A DNA stretch of 64,000 nucleotides from Pavona decussata (Eukaryota), in assembly GCA_977016875.1 (NCBI GenBank), contig CDRNST010000275.1, positions 248,001 to 312,000 of the forward strand, written 5' to 3'. This document shows positions 44,714 through 57,389 of this stretch, piece by piece. The position numbers were made by a program, and so were the translations under genes. Position 1 is the stretch's first letter. Every line of letters begins with the position of its first letter. A model generated the notes under the pieces. The model was not told the origin of the DNA. It did no database searches and saw only the letters and a program-made list of their open reading frames with translations.

Positions 44714-46922
44714 ATGAAGTACGCCACTGTGCTTCTGTTGATTTGTTGGTTTCCCAGCTCAGGCGTGGCGGAACTCTGCAAGGTAGCATCTTACTCAGTG
44801 CAAGGACAGGTGCTAAAAAACCACACCATCACCTCCGGCCCCGCCGAGCGAATAGAAGAGTGTATCATGCAGTGCATGGATCACCCTGGTTGCCATAGCA
44901 GCAACTTTTATCGAAAGGACAGAGTCTGTGAGCTGAATGACAAGACGCATGCGTCTCACCCTGAAGATATGAGAGAAGAGCTTTTGACGAACTACTTGGA
45001 GAATACTTTCAGACCATTCACCTGCAGCAAAGACTCCGACTGTGGCAGTAATTTGCTTTGCCTGCCATCGTTGATGAGGTGCGGAGGTAAGTGTGATAGC
45101 TGAATACACGCGGAGCGTAGGTAAATTCATGTCCTGCAAATTATCAATTATTCCAAGGAGTCGTGACGAATCAGTGGGATTTTGAGCAAAAAGATTAAGA
45201 AAGAAATCCATCGACTAGCTTTAAATAGTGTTACAGTCCACAACGAAGAGGGCACCATGAATGGCGGCTGCTAATAGTATGTCTTTCCAGTATGAATAGC
45301 ACTACAAACCATTTTATCTAGTAACTTATTAGTGGTAATTTTGTCAGAGTTGATGCAGCCAAACTTTATTGGTAATTCCTTTTATCACTTATTCCGTGAG
45401 GCTGTTGTGCATACTCTAGACTTCGGTGCGTTCACATCAGTGCCCAGCAAGGATCGTACTCGGGCACCGTGCCCGGGCACTAAGTGTGAACGCAGCCTTA
45501 ATGATGAATTATTGATTACACTCTATAAGAACCTGTCAACTTAACTGAATTCTCTTACCGATTTTTCCTGACAGATTGCTATGAATTTCGACATTTAAAA
45601 GTGTACTTGATTACGTGACAGCCTGACAATGTGTATCCTTAAAATCCTTCTTCAATTACGAAAAATTATAGCACAAGCACGAGTTGGCGGTAATCATCTC
45701 ATATATCCAACAAACGAGCACGGAATAACTGTTTATTAAAACATCAACAAATGTCAATTATAGATCTTATTTTTATTTGTTTATTTATTTACACCACTAC
45801 CTCATACGTAAGATTACAGTAGTTACAATGTGAGTTGAACAAGAACAGTTTCATAAAATAACTAATATAGAACATTCCAAAAAACAGTGAGCGGTGAGGA
45901 GACCTCAGAAAGCCAAAGGCTTGTACAAGGAGGCCCCCCCCATGATTTGCTAATTGAGTAAAATAATTTAGGACTAGGGGGAAGAAGGATAAAACCTTCG
46001 ATCTTGGTGATTCCATTCTGGACTGCAAGTGATACCAGAACAACGATTTAGTGCCGCTCTACTGACTTGAAAAATGCAATTCTGTTGTTTTGAAACAAAG
46101 CCACGGCAACGAAAATTCATACTAAGTGAATCAGCCATATTTTCACATAGGATCACTGTAATGACCTGTTACATCAAAGGAACAAAGCAACTTAACGTGT
46201 AAAAGCAAGATATAACATATTATGTGAAAATATGGTTTACTGGCGAGGATTCGAACCCCGGTATCCTGCGTTCAAGGCATTTTAAAATTGGAATATTAAT
46301 TGGAATATTCAGGTCACAGGAACCCGGGATTCCAATTCTCCGGTGAACCGTATTTTCACAAAGTCCGATGTATTGATTTGTTTGGCTTAGTAGCCATGAG
46401 GTATTTATCAAATATCCCATTGCCGCTTAGCCAATCGAACCTCTGTAATTGTCCTATCCATTGAGGTGGTTTTTAATAAGATTCGATATTGATCCCAAGA
46501 TTCAAGATTTCTTAACAGACTGCAAAGCTGTTATCCCTCAATCATTTCAGGAAAACCAAATTTGACAAAACTCAAGAATCTGGAAGATACCGTAATACCC
46601 TTGTTCATTGTACTGTATTGATTGTCCTTTAGGCTATCAGTCTGTTGGATGCTACAAAGACACCTCGAGTCGAGCAATCCCAAGCTTGGAAGGATCTGAT
46701 CCTATTTTAGATGGATCTTATTCCAGACGAAAGAACCCCATCGCAAAGTGCGCCGTGGCTGCAATGAGAAAGGGTTACAGCATGTTTGCAGTTCAGAATG
46801 GTGGTTGGTGTGCGGCCAGCGCAACAGCACCACAGACGTTTGACAAGTACGGTAAATCTCACGCTTGTAGCGCTGACGGTGAAGGCGGACCATGGGCCAA
46901 TCAAGTCTATTCTTTTCTTTAA
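44714..46922 (+). CDS. Secreted PAN/apple + WSC-like protein, copy 2 (220 aa). Exons 44714-45086, 46633-46922
   Basis: Same exon lengths (373 and 290 nt) and splice sites as copy 1, with an intact frame. Confidence 0.88.
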
Positions 46923-48122
46923 AATAATTATTATAATAATTTCATCGGGCATTGCGGCGTATTTTGCGGCTAAAATGGAGAATTCAGCGGGCTAAAATAT
47001 ATTTTAGCCCGCTGCTCTGAGCCAATGAGAAACAAGAAAATAACGTAGCCAGCCAATCAGAACTGGAAACCATTCAACTGTTCGCGCCGTTTTCTTGCTT
47101 GTTTGACCGGCAGCGCTGCCATCTGCAAAAAATTGTTTTGAGCTGCTACAAAATGGCAGAAAAACCTAACGAGGAAGCAAATTCCTAGTCCTATCAGCTA
47201 GCTATAGAAGAGGACTTACAGAAACTCGTGGGCGATGGTTGAAATAATGCTTGTAGTAGCTCCATGACTGGCGGCGAGGTGAATTTAAACAGTTTGTCTT
47301 CGTCGAGCGAAACCCACTCAGTTTAGCACTTGCACAATTAATTTTAACACTTGTAAGTGACCATGTCTTCGCTGTTCACAAAATTCTGTTATCTTCCCTT
47401 TTAAAGCTTAGAAGCAAATATTATTTCGACAAATTTTGCCGTGTTCTGTCGAAGTTTAAAGCTTATGCGACAATGAATACTTTTGTACAATGAAATAACC
47501 GTAAAATAAACGCCGACGCGACGCTGGCAGCGTTCAAGATATTTCTTACTGTACTGTCTTTGATTCCTTTGGTGAATGCTCTCTGAAATTATTATAATAG
47601 TAATAGAGCGTAAATATGTTTTTGGCCCTTCACATAACTCATTTTAGCCCTCGTCTGCGGCTCGGGCTAAAATGAGCCTGGGTCAGGCCATTGTTATAAT
47701 AACTATAACACAGTCTAACGTTAGAGTGCATTATCAATGTCGACGTATGTGAATTCACAGCATACGAGGCAAGCAGTCGATTTCGTGTAATAATATTTAA
47801 ATAGTTGATGGCCTTTTTGTTTTTAATTCTTCTCTTTGATTAAATAATTTAATACCGACAATAATTTTCAACGTACAAGAGACAGAAACTACATAAATAC
47901 ATATACATGCTAAGAGAATCGAAACTATTATTCACAATAAAGCAAACATAAAAGTATGAATTAAATGACAAAAGAGGAGGGAATTAACACATCAATGTTG
48001 GTCTAACTCTATTCGTTAAAGTTACAGTTGAGTAACATTTCAGTCCTGGGCCCAGTTGTTCAAAGCCCGATTAACCTAACCCTGGGTTAACGTGAACAAT
48101 TGATTCTAGTTTAATTACTAAT

Positions 48123-48424
48123 TATTATTTTATTATAATTTTTTTTTAAGTAAAAAATATTATTTACCATCGGCAGTGTTTATAGCACAAGTGCTAGTGG
48201 GGCCGAGCATTAAACTTCATAAAAAAATAATACAAATTGAAAATAACATGGTTAAAAATCCCCACTGGCAGGAGGCCGATCAGCTGGCTTTTTTACAAGC
48301 GCGTCCGAGGAGTTGAACTTGGGGCTACCGAGAAACAACTCCAGCTAGCGGTCAGAGCGGGACTTGAACCCGGGACCACCGGATTTGAAGTCCGGCGCCC
48401 TACCCACTCGACCATGCTGCCTCC
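48123..48424 (-). mobile_element. Full-length tRNA-derived SINE, present only in duplication unit B
   Basis: The minus-strand head has A-box TGGTCGAGTGG and B-box GGTTCAAGTCC, with an AT-rich tail. TSD actaat is at 48117-48122 and 48425-48430. The empty site is at about 39688-39693. Confidence 0.88.
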
Positions 48425-51400
48425 ACTAATGAATCAAGTTTTGCCAAAGATTTTTCTCCCTTAGTATTGATGTCGACTTTTCTTTACCATTAGCTTTTAA
48501 GGACCTTCTTAGTGAGCGTGCTGTAAACCTCGGTTAACTTTTAATCGTGTATTAGCGTTAATCGGCTTTCGAACAACCGGGCCCTGGTTTATGATCGTCT
48601 GCGTCGTTTTGCATAAATGAGGTTACGTGATATCTGAATATTTAAAACCTGTTCAGACGAGGTGCCCGGGCAATAAAAAAGACCAATGTGGACCTATAGA
48701 TGAGTGTGAATGGGTGGGTAGATATATGTCCATGGAACAATGGATGAATTCAAGTACATACATCAAAGGTGCGCACGGTATACTGATTCTGCGCAACAAG
48801 CCACGTAGGGTCGCACTTCTGAAGACAAATAACAATAGTTTTGAGAAAACCAATCAGAAGTGTGTGACGTCACAACATAGTAACCAATAGGAAAGAAGCA
48901 ATCCAAAATGGATTAAATTAAACAAAACAAAAACAAACAAACCAACAAACAACAAAAAAATAATCATAGTAAATACAGACCCAGCAATAATAATGTTAAA
49001 AATAAAATTCACGTTCGGTAAACTATTCAACATGTAAGTTGAAACACAAGCAAGATTCGCCAGTGTTTTTATAACATTTTTGAAGTAATTTGAAGCGACA
49101 AGTATGTAATTTGGCACTGCTATAAAAATCGACCAAAACTGAACAATCTTTAGTTCAGTCTTCTCAAGAAGGATATTCCCAACCGCTTTGCGCCTGGTTC
49201 CTTTTACAAGTTCAAAGGCTTTTGCTGATGATTCCTTTAACGGAATTCAATCTTACTGCAATTGAAAATAATGAGAAATGTGCTCCGAGAGCTCGGCAAA
49301 GGGCATTAAATTCTCTTTCCAAAACGGATGTTTTCTCTTAGGGCACTTTCTATTTAATTAGGGAGCTTAAGCAACGACAACGGCGACGGCAACGACAACG
49401 CCGCAAAACATCAGATTTAATGAGTAAAAACAATCGCTCTGCACGTGCGTTTTACCTTAATTTTGGTACATTCCTTTTCCATCCTCTGCAAAACAACAAC
49501 GTGAAATGACCACATTTACGGTTCTGCACGACGGCGATTTTTTCATTTTCTTTCTTAACTTGTGCGCCACTCCTGACAATTTGGTTCCTGGACAGTTCTT
49601 CATTTTTGTAAAAGTTGAGCGTTGGTTGGTCCGTGAATGAGGTTACAAATTTAATTTAAAGGGCTGATTCTTCGAATTCTTCAAAATGACACATTGTAAG
49701 AGTAGTGTGTGTGCGCCAGTTTGACTAATTAAGAAAAAGAAAAGTGGCATATAAACTGCTGTTCAAATTGGTGCATTCCGTTTACAGAATGATTGAACTG
49801 GCCAACCAGTTCTGACAAAAGGAGAGCGCGCTTAGGCGAGTTAGAGAACGTAGTTTAGTGCCGGATTGACCGCGAGTTTGTAGCTAATAGCAACATAATA
49901 CCATCACATCTTGGCAATAATCATCTGCATAAATCTTTTCACACCACAAAACAAATGGAAAATAAGACTGGGTCGTTAATTATCGTGAAAGACATTAAAA
50001 AGGATAATTGCTGACTGATTGACCTTAAAATGCCATTTATCAAAGGAAAAAAACGGGATAGCAAGAACTCAAGTTTCATATCTTGTCATTTACCGGTAAG
50101 TTTTTTTTATTTTTCTCTTTCCAGAGAAGAAGATCTCTAGTTGAAGCAGTGCAAATTAATTCTGTGTATATGTTTGTATTTTTGAAAGAATTGACGAAAC
50201 AAATGCAGTGCAATAAATGTTAGGAACAACCATTTTAGAAAACACAACACACCTGCTGTCACGTTCTCAAAAATTAAAAGGGAGGTCAATCGAGATTACC
50301 TTTGCCTGTTAATAAGGCTAGAGATGTTTTCTGATGTGAGCGAATGACTTAATTCGTCAAATATTCGCTGCGTAGTAGCTTCAAAAGAAACACAATTACT
50401 TTTGCAATCCCCCGCAGATTCGGCCATATTTTGAGGTAACTTTCAAAAGGGCCTAATTAAAAAAAGCCAAAAGGGCTTCTTCTTATTAATAATTGATCAA
50501 AAATAAATTTTAATTTTATGTTGTCACTCAAATCACGGACAGTTTAAACAGAATAATTTGCTGATATTAACCATTATTACGATCTATCGGAGGATAAGCA
50601 TCGAAACTGCAACAGAACAACGTTTTTATGTCTTCAACCTTCACGGTAAGAGCTCGTTTTCTCTTTAGGGACAAGAAACAATTCGAATAAGGACGGCTGT
50701 CGTAAGTAAAGGCTTTTCAATTCTAGTAAATTCTCTAGTTCATATAACTGGCTCTAGGCACTAGATCTGTTAACTTCGAGGAACGACAACACGAATTTTT
50801 CTCTTTGGAGAATTTGCTCAAGCTTTAAGAGCGCTTATTTTATTTTTGCGAAGGCATATTCTGAGGCTTTGAGATCTGTGATATTTCCAAAGACGTTAAA
50901 CATAATAGAGAGATTTCTAAATGGTGTGGCGCTCTAGTCGCTCCACGCAAAGCGAGGTTAATCTGCAGTTTATCTGCAGCCATGTATTACGTAAACTGAA
51001 ACTTTCTTGAAACCAGAAAAGAAAGCTGAACTAAGAAACGTGGGAAACGTTTAGACGGAAATCATTAAATGATAACGTGGCTATTTCTGCTATTTTCCTT
51101 GCCTTAAGCATTTTGTTTATCACGCTGTGTAAATAAACGCACCATTGGTAGCAAACTTTCATTTAAAACAGAGAATCGTGCGATTTGGAGAACAGCCAGA
51201 AATAGGAATTGAAATAATCCATGCCATGGAAGATACAACAACAAAGGCAGGCATCCAATACTGTACAAGAGGTGCTGTTCTTAAAGGGGAAGTATCAAGC
51301 AAATTTGCTGTCATTTCAAAACCCCAAAATTTTTGTCTGTCAGGTAGAAACAAAAAAATAATTATCTTGTTTGTTATAAATTATCCCTCCAGTGCAATAA

Positions 51401-53490
51401 AACTATCGATGAGTGCTTCTGGCCAGAGACAGAGTAGGTCGGTATGGATTGAAACTTGAAAAATGTTAGTCTAATGTTTCTCAAGTGCTCGCATTTTTGT
51501 TTCCAAAATGCGCTAGAACACATCACGAGTTGTTCCTTTCAAGAATTGAGTTGCTTTCTTTCCTCTCGCTCGTCATTCTAGAATTATTTGGCAGCTGATT
51601 GAAGGTCTTATTTCACCATTTTTAACAACCCATGATACTTCCCCTTTAATCATTAAATGATCAGGGGCACCCAACGGATCGTTTCGGTAAATTACCTGTT
51701 CGGAAGGCCCTTAATCCCCTACAATTTTCTAAAAATAATTTTCGCCTTGAACTTTCGTGATATGGGAAATTTAAGGCCTGGTGTTTTCGGATTGATAAAA
51801 ATGTCGTTTCGGGTACCGAAAAAAGGTCAGCTAAGATTTTCGGAAAGGAAATAAGACGTAAGTTTTTTGGGAAATGGACAAATGCCCTAGTAATTTCGAA
51901 AAGACTCAAGTTCCCCTCGAATGACCGAACAGATAAAAATATTATAGCGCAGCTTTAAATGAATCTACAGAGCTTTAAAGGCACTTTAGATAGCTTAAAA
52001 TAGCGTTTCAAAGGATCTGAAAGAACTCCCATTGGGTGCCCCTGAATGATAGCGTGGTTATTTCCGTAAACATTATGCTCATCACGCTGTATAAATAAAA
52101 CGCTACCTTGGTAGCAAACTTTCATTCAAAACAGAGAATCGTGCGATTTGGAAAACAGCCAGAACTAGAAATTGAAATAATCGAAGATAAAACAACAAAA
52201 GCAAGCATCCAATACTGTACAAGAGGTGCTGTTCTTAGGCTTTTTTAAAATAGTAACTAACTTTTAGCAAACGCTTAGTTTGGGAATTTTACCCACAATT
52301 TTTAGAACATATACAGGACGAAACAAAGGATCTACGATCCTCGCCAATTCCTGTTGGGAAGGTTAGAAAATAAGCCCGGTATAGCAATTTTTTTTGCATA
52401 CTTTTGTTTGCGCCTTTGAATTTCGTTTCCCTCACTCCTCTTTTTATTGCTAAGTTCCCCACGAAGAATAACGCGTAAAGATTTACAGTTAAAACTCAAC
52501 ATTGATAGAGCGGGAGGGAAGGAAAGTGAAGGCAAGGCAAAACTTAGCAATCTTCTCAACAGTATTGCCGATGATTGTTTAAAAATAGAACAAGCGCTTT
52601 TTGTGCCTATAATATCTAAAGCTTTCAACATAAAGTAATGAGGTTATGTTTGACAAATCTCTGAAATCTGCAAGTAGTGTCCCATGATCTATTGCCGATA
52701 TCTTGGCTTAATAAACATTTCTATACGAAATGCATGAAATATGCAATTGTCGGTTGATCATGATGGTACGATAACTATGAGCGTGACAAGCCAGAGAAAC
52801 AGTATAAATGCGCGCGTATTTCTAAACACTCTGAAATAATTTCTAGTCAACCTTTGCTAACAAATGTTCAAAACTCGCCATTTGAGCTGTGTTCAATAAA
52901 AGGAACGGTAACCTACTACAAATTAAATGATTCCGGTTTTCCTTGGCGCTACCTGTCAATCGAAATTATTTTTTAGAGCTATAAACCAACGACAGTAGCA
53001 TTGCTCTATAGAAAAATGCAGAAAATGCATCCAAGGTAGGACTCTTTTTCTACTTTTTCCAGGCAAATGTGTTGGATTGTTAATGAACTCTTCATACATG
53101 TCAGTAGCTTGTCACATCAAAGTGTCGTTACCGACATTCTTCACAACACTCCACAAACGCTATTTAGTTTCAAGAACAGAAAACGGTAATTCATAAATTT
53201 CTATCATCACAACGCACTAAAATTCTGCCTGCCAGATCCCTAAAAGATTTTGATACTTGAGGTGGTTTCTAATTTCCCAATTATAGCATTTGGACATTTT
53301 TACTATCCTTTTCCTTTTTTTTTTTTTTTTTTTTTTTAAAGTGGAAATGTTATGCATATTATCCTCTGGGCATGCGCGGTTCTGCATTAATTCTGCTGTC
53401 GCCGGGGAGATAACACATTCCGTTATGGCGACTTATCGGTAAAACGACGAGAGCTTCCTGTATTGATGAGTTGTTTCCTTTCCAGCCGGG

Positions 53491-55447
53491 ATGAAGTACG
53501 CCATTGTGCTTCTGCTGATATGCTGGCTTCCCATCTCAGCCGTTGCGGATCTCTGTAAGCCAGCATCTTACTCAGTGCAAGGACAGGTGCTAAAAAACCA
53601 CACCATCACCTCCGGCCCCGCAGACCGAATAGAAGAGTGTATCATGCAGTGCATGGATCATCCTGGTTGCCATAGCAGCAACTTTTATCGAAAGGACAGA
53701 GTATGTGAGCTGAATGACAAGACGCATGCGTCTCACCCTGAAGATATGAGAGAAGAGCATTTGACGAACTACTTGGAGAATACTTTCCGACCATTCACCT
53801 GTAGCAAAGACTCCGACTGTGGCAGTAATTTGCTTTGTCTGCCATCTTTGAGGTGTGGAGGTAAGTGTAATCATTAAATACGCGCATTCCTGTGGAGCCC
53901 GCAGTATGGTTTAGTCAATGCCCTCAGTGCTATTTTACATGAATAAACGCCTATGTTCTGAGAACGATCTGGGTATGATAGCCAAGGTCTTGTCATCTTT
54001 ATACAAACAATTGCAACTTGTTTCTTAAGATGTTTCTTTGAAGCTTGCATTGAGCAGTGAGATCAATCTCGTTTTTGTTTGCTACTTGTGAGTCTGTAGA
54101 AGAAATTCCAAGCGCGTGACACGAGAATGAAATCTCCTGTGCGGTAATGTAATGTAATGCTGTTTGTTTCTCGGTATTTTGCGCAATAAGCAGCGTCTAT
54201 TTGCTATTTTTCCGATAGAATGCGTCATCCGCGCACTTGGAATGGAAAACCACGACATACCAAACTCAGCCGTAACAGCCTCTTCGTCTTGGGGACATAG
54301 CATGCATGAGCCTTGGCAAGCTCGGCTCAATAATGTTCGTAACAGCCGGAGCACGGGTTCCTGGTCAGCAGCATCGAATCAAGTAGGCGAATGGCTACAA
54401 ATTGATCTTGGGAAGGAGAGGGTGGTCACAAAACTTGCTACACAGGGAAGGTTTCAGCACACCCAGTGGGTGAAGTCGTACAAAATTCTGTTCAGTTCAG
54501 ACGGAACAACCTGGAAGGAATATAAGGAAAATGGTTTTGTGAAGGTAATTGTAGTGCAAGTATATAAACGTGTATATGTACAGGACCACAAACGCATTCA
54601 CAAACTGTCGTAGAACAATCAAGTCAGATTCAAAGTAAACTCAATGGTTTTTCTTTGATTGACGTCCATCAGTCAAAACGCAGCCTTATCCCACTCTTTT
54701 GAAGGCGGTAGGTCGCGTTTTATTGGTAACCATCCTAAACGTGAACATCAAAATTATCGAAAATTGGTTTCAACTCTCAACTTGTTTGGTCCGAATTTCC
54801 AGCGGAAAGTTTTGTAGCATTCCCTGGTCTCTTGTGACTGGCGGAGCAAAAAAACTGCATAAGTTGTGTTTAGTGGAGAGTCCACTCTCAGTGGCCAATA
54901 AGAGTAACCTCAAACAGCACAACGAGCCAATCAGAACAGTCGATAAGCGCGGGAAATCGTTTTGCTGCGCGGGACATGCAGTTTGGCTTTGGTGTTTTGA
55001 AAGCGTCTCTTGTTTTTTCAGGCAATATTTAAAGGGCATAGAACATATAGCAATTGGCTTTCGTGTTTTGACAGCGTGTCATGTTTTTTCAGGCAATATT
55101 TAAAGAGCATAGTTCGTACGGCAAACACAAAGACTCAAAGTAAATGACAAAAGCACTAATGAATACCACTGAAAGGGGAGTTAAAATACAATATTTGAAC
55201 TTACGACTTTAAGATTAATACCTTAAATCAAAGTTATATAATGGGTTGATACTGTTATTTCAAACCAAATGTGTAAATATCTTTTTTGTAGGTTTTTTCA
55301 GGAAATTCAGACTCTGGAACAATCGTGTCACACAACTTAACGTCGAGGTTTACGGCCAGATATGTTCGCTTTTCTATCGTATCATGGAACAACCACATAT
55401 CTATGCGAGCTGAGCTCTACGGATGTTCACCAGTATCATATAACTAG
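53491..55447 (+). CDS. Secreted PAN/apple + F5/8 type C (discoidin) protein, copy 3 (283 aa). Exons 53491-53860, 54219-54544, 55292-55447
   Basis: The signal+PAN exon is followed by ECVIRALGMEN..IP.SAVTASS...ARLNN...WLQIDLG...ATQGR...WVKSYKI and VFSGNSD...ARYVRF...WNNHISMRAELYGC. The GT-AG introns are phase 1 and 0. Confidence 0.9.
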
Positions 55448-55499
55448 TAATGATCAGAGATTGGGGAGCGCCTTCGATGTTACTAGTCTCTCCCTCTCC

Positions 55500-57311
55500 T
55501 TTGCCGAGTCGGTGATGATGTAATCCGCTGCAAGTTCCATTCATTCAATCAACATTGTTCCATATAATCTCGACCCCAACCTGAAGGCAGGCAAGGCCAG
55601 TGGACTTGATAACATTTCTCCACGCTTGCTGAAAGACCCTTCTGAAGCCATTGCCAAGCCTCTTACCCGCATAATTAACGCCTCGCTATCACAGGGAGCT
55701 GTGCCACGTGACTGGAAGCTCGCTAAAGCTAGCCCCTTTTCAAAAGAGCATGGCTAAAGACATGGACAACTATCGACCTATTTCCGTATTATCCACAGTG
55801 TCCAAGTTACTTGAGAAGGCAGTCCATCATCAACTACACCACTTCCTAAACGAACACGTGCTACTGAGTCCTTTCCAGTGTGGTTTCAGGAAAAAACACT
55901 CAAATGAGACTGCTGCTATAGCCTTCTCGGACTTTGTACGGAAGGGTATGGACCAGGGTCTACTTACAGGGGCTGTCTTTATTGATCTACGGAAAGCGTT
56001 TGACTCTGTCGATCATAAATTACTGGTTAACAAGCTAGAAACTTATGGGCTGTCAGAGAAGGAATTAAGCTGGTTTCGTAGTTATCTCACGGAGCGGAGA
56101 CAAGTTGTTAGCGTTGGCAGAGAGTTGTCAGACCCCTTTTATATCACCTCCGGAGTCTCACAAGGATCCATACTTGGCCCATTATTGTTCGTGTTTTTTT
56201 TTTTTATCAACCATCTTCCTGCAGTTTTGGACAAGTGCAAGGTATTGATGTATGCCGATGACACTGTCATCTACTTCACTGCCAGGAATGCTGAAGGCAT
56301 CGGCAACAAGCTGTCAAACGAACTGGCCAATGTAAACAATTGGTTACTTGACAACAGTCTTTTCCTACACCAAGGAAAAACTGAATACGTCCTTTTCTGA
56401 ACGGATTTAAGACTGTCATCTGCCAATTTTTCTGTTTCCGTAAATAGATTTAACTTAAACCGTGTCGGTGAATATAAATACCTGGGTGTTGTAATGGACA
56501 AATGCCTGACATGGAAAAATCATGTCAAATACTTACTAAGTAAATCAGGCAAAATGATAGGCATGCTCGGCCTCACGAGAAAGAACCTAAGTATGCGAAC
56601 TGCGGATCAAGTCTATCAGACTTTTAGTTAGCCTATCTATGATTATTGTGACACAGCATGGAATTGCTGTGGTTCTGCAAATTCAAGGAAATTGGAAAAC
56701 TCCAGAGATGCAAGGCTAGAATTGTCATGAAATCAAATAGTAGCGATAAATCCCTGAGGTCTTAACTAAAAAAGTACTGAAGGACATTTTTCTGCAATTT
56801 TTTATTAATTATTTTAACCTTAATAAGGATTGCATCGATAGGACTACCAGACAAAGCAACCACATTAGACTACCGAGAGTTAAATTAGAGTCAACAAAAA
56901 AGGCATTTTTCTATCATGGCGGCATGGTTTTTAATCGAAATTTGTAGTTTTGTAGATTATGAATAGTTTTATATTTGAGAATGATGATTATTCTAGAAAG
57001 TGACGCAGGCATACTCGAACTAGTAATCGGAAGGTCTTAGGTTCGACTCCTGATAGGAGCACTCGGATTTCTTTTTTCCGAGTATGCCTGCGTCACTTTC
57101 TAGAATAATCATCATTCTCATTCATTCACCAGGCTGAAAAAATATACCATCACATTTCTTTCAGTTTTATATTTATATCATTTTGATGTGTGTGTGATCT
57201 TTTATGTATTTCTAGAATATCTAGCATTGTAATTAGGGCTTCCGCTGATAACAGTAATTTTGTTTTTATAGTTACTGAAGGAGTTACCCTGTTTTAAATA
57301 AAAGTATCATT
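55500..57311 (+). mobile_element. Degenerate 5'-truncated LINE (CR1/L2-type) reverse transcriptase fragment
   Basis: KASGLDNISPRLLK, NYRPISVL, FIDLRKAFD, QGSILGPLLF, YADD and KYLGV are all present. There are multiple frameshifts and stops. The 3' UTR ends AATAAA before a (TTC)n tract. Confidence 0.92.
56977..57162. mobile_element. Foldback tRNA-derived SINE-like element, copy B, nested in the LINE 3' UTR
   Basis: A perfect inverted arm of about 41 bp; B-box GGTTCGACTCC at 57040-57050; 12-bp TSD agttttatattt at 56965-56976 and 57163-57174. Confidence 0.82.
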
Positions 57312-57389
57312 TTCTTCTTCTTCTTCTTCTTCTTCTTCTTCTTCTTCTTCTTCTTCTTCTTCTTCTTCTTCTTCTTCTTCTTCTTCTTC
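57312..57389. repeat. (TTC)26 microsatellite
   Basis: A pure trinucleotide run at the LINE tail. Confidence 0.95.

Larger units (their letters stand above)
35793..53168 (+). repeat. Tandem segmental duplication: unit A 35793-44397, unit B 44398-53168
   Basis: The units are colinear and near-identical throughout, with duplicated ORFs in the track (e.g. 42380/51145, 43567/52332). TTTAGT microhomology occurs at 35793, 44398 and 53163. Confidence 0.95.

Noticed and set aside
48345-48424. tRNA gene (also the B-boxes at 18526 and 57040)
   Set aside because: These are SINE heads followed by SINE body and tail and flanked by TSDs. No complete cloverleaf acceptor stem is evident.
42380-52638. Identical short ORFs occurring twice (104, 99, 87, 82, 65 aa) as conserved genes
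   Set aside because: The identity simply reflects the recent tandem duplication, and several of these ORFs run across MITE boundaries.
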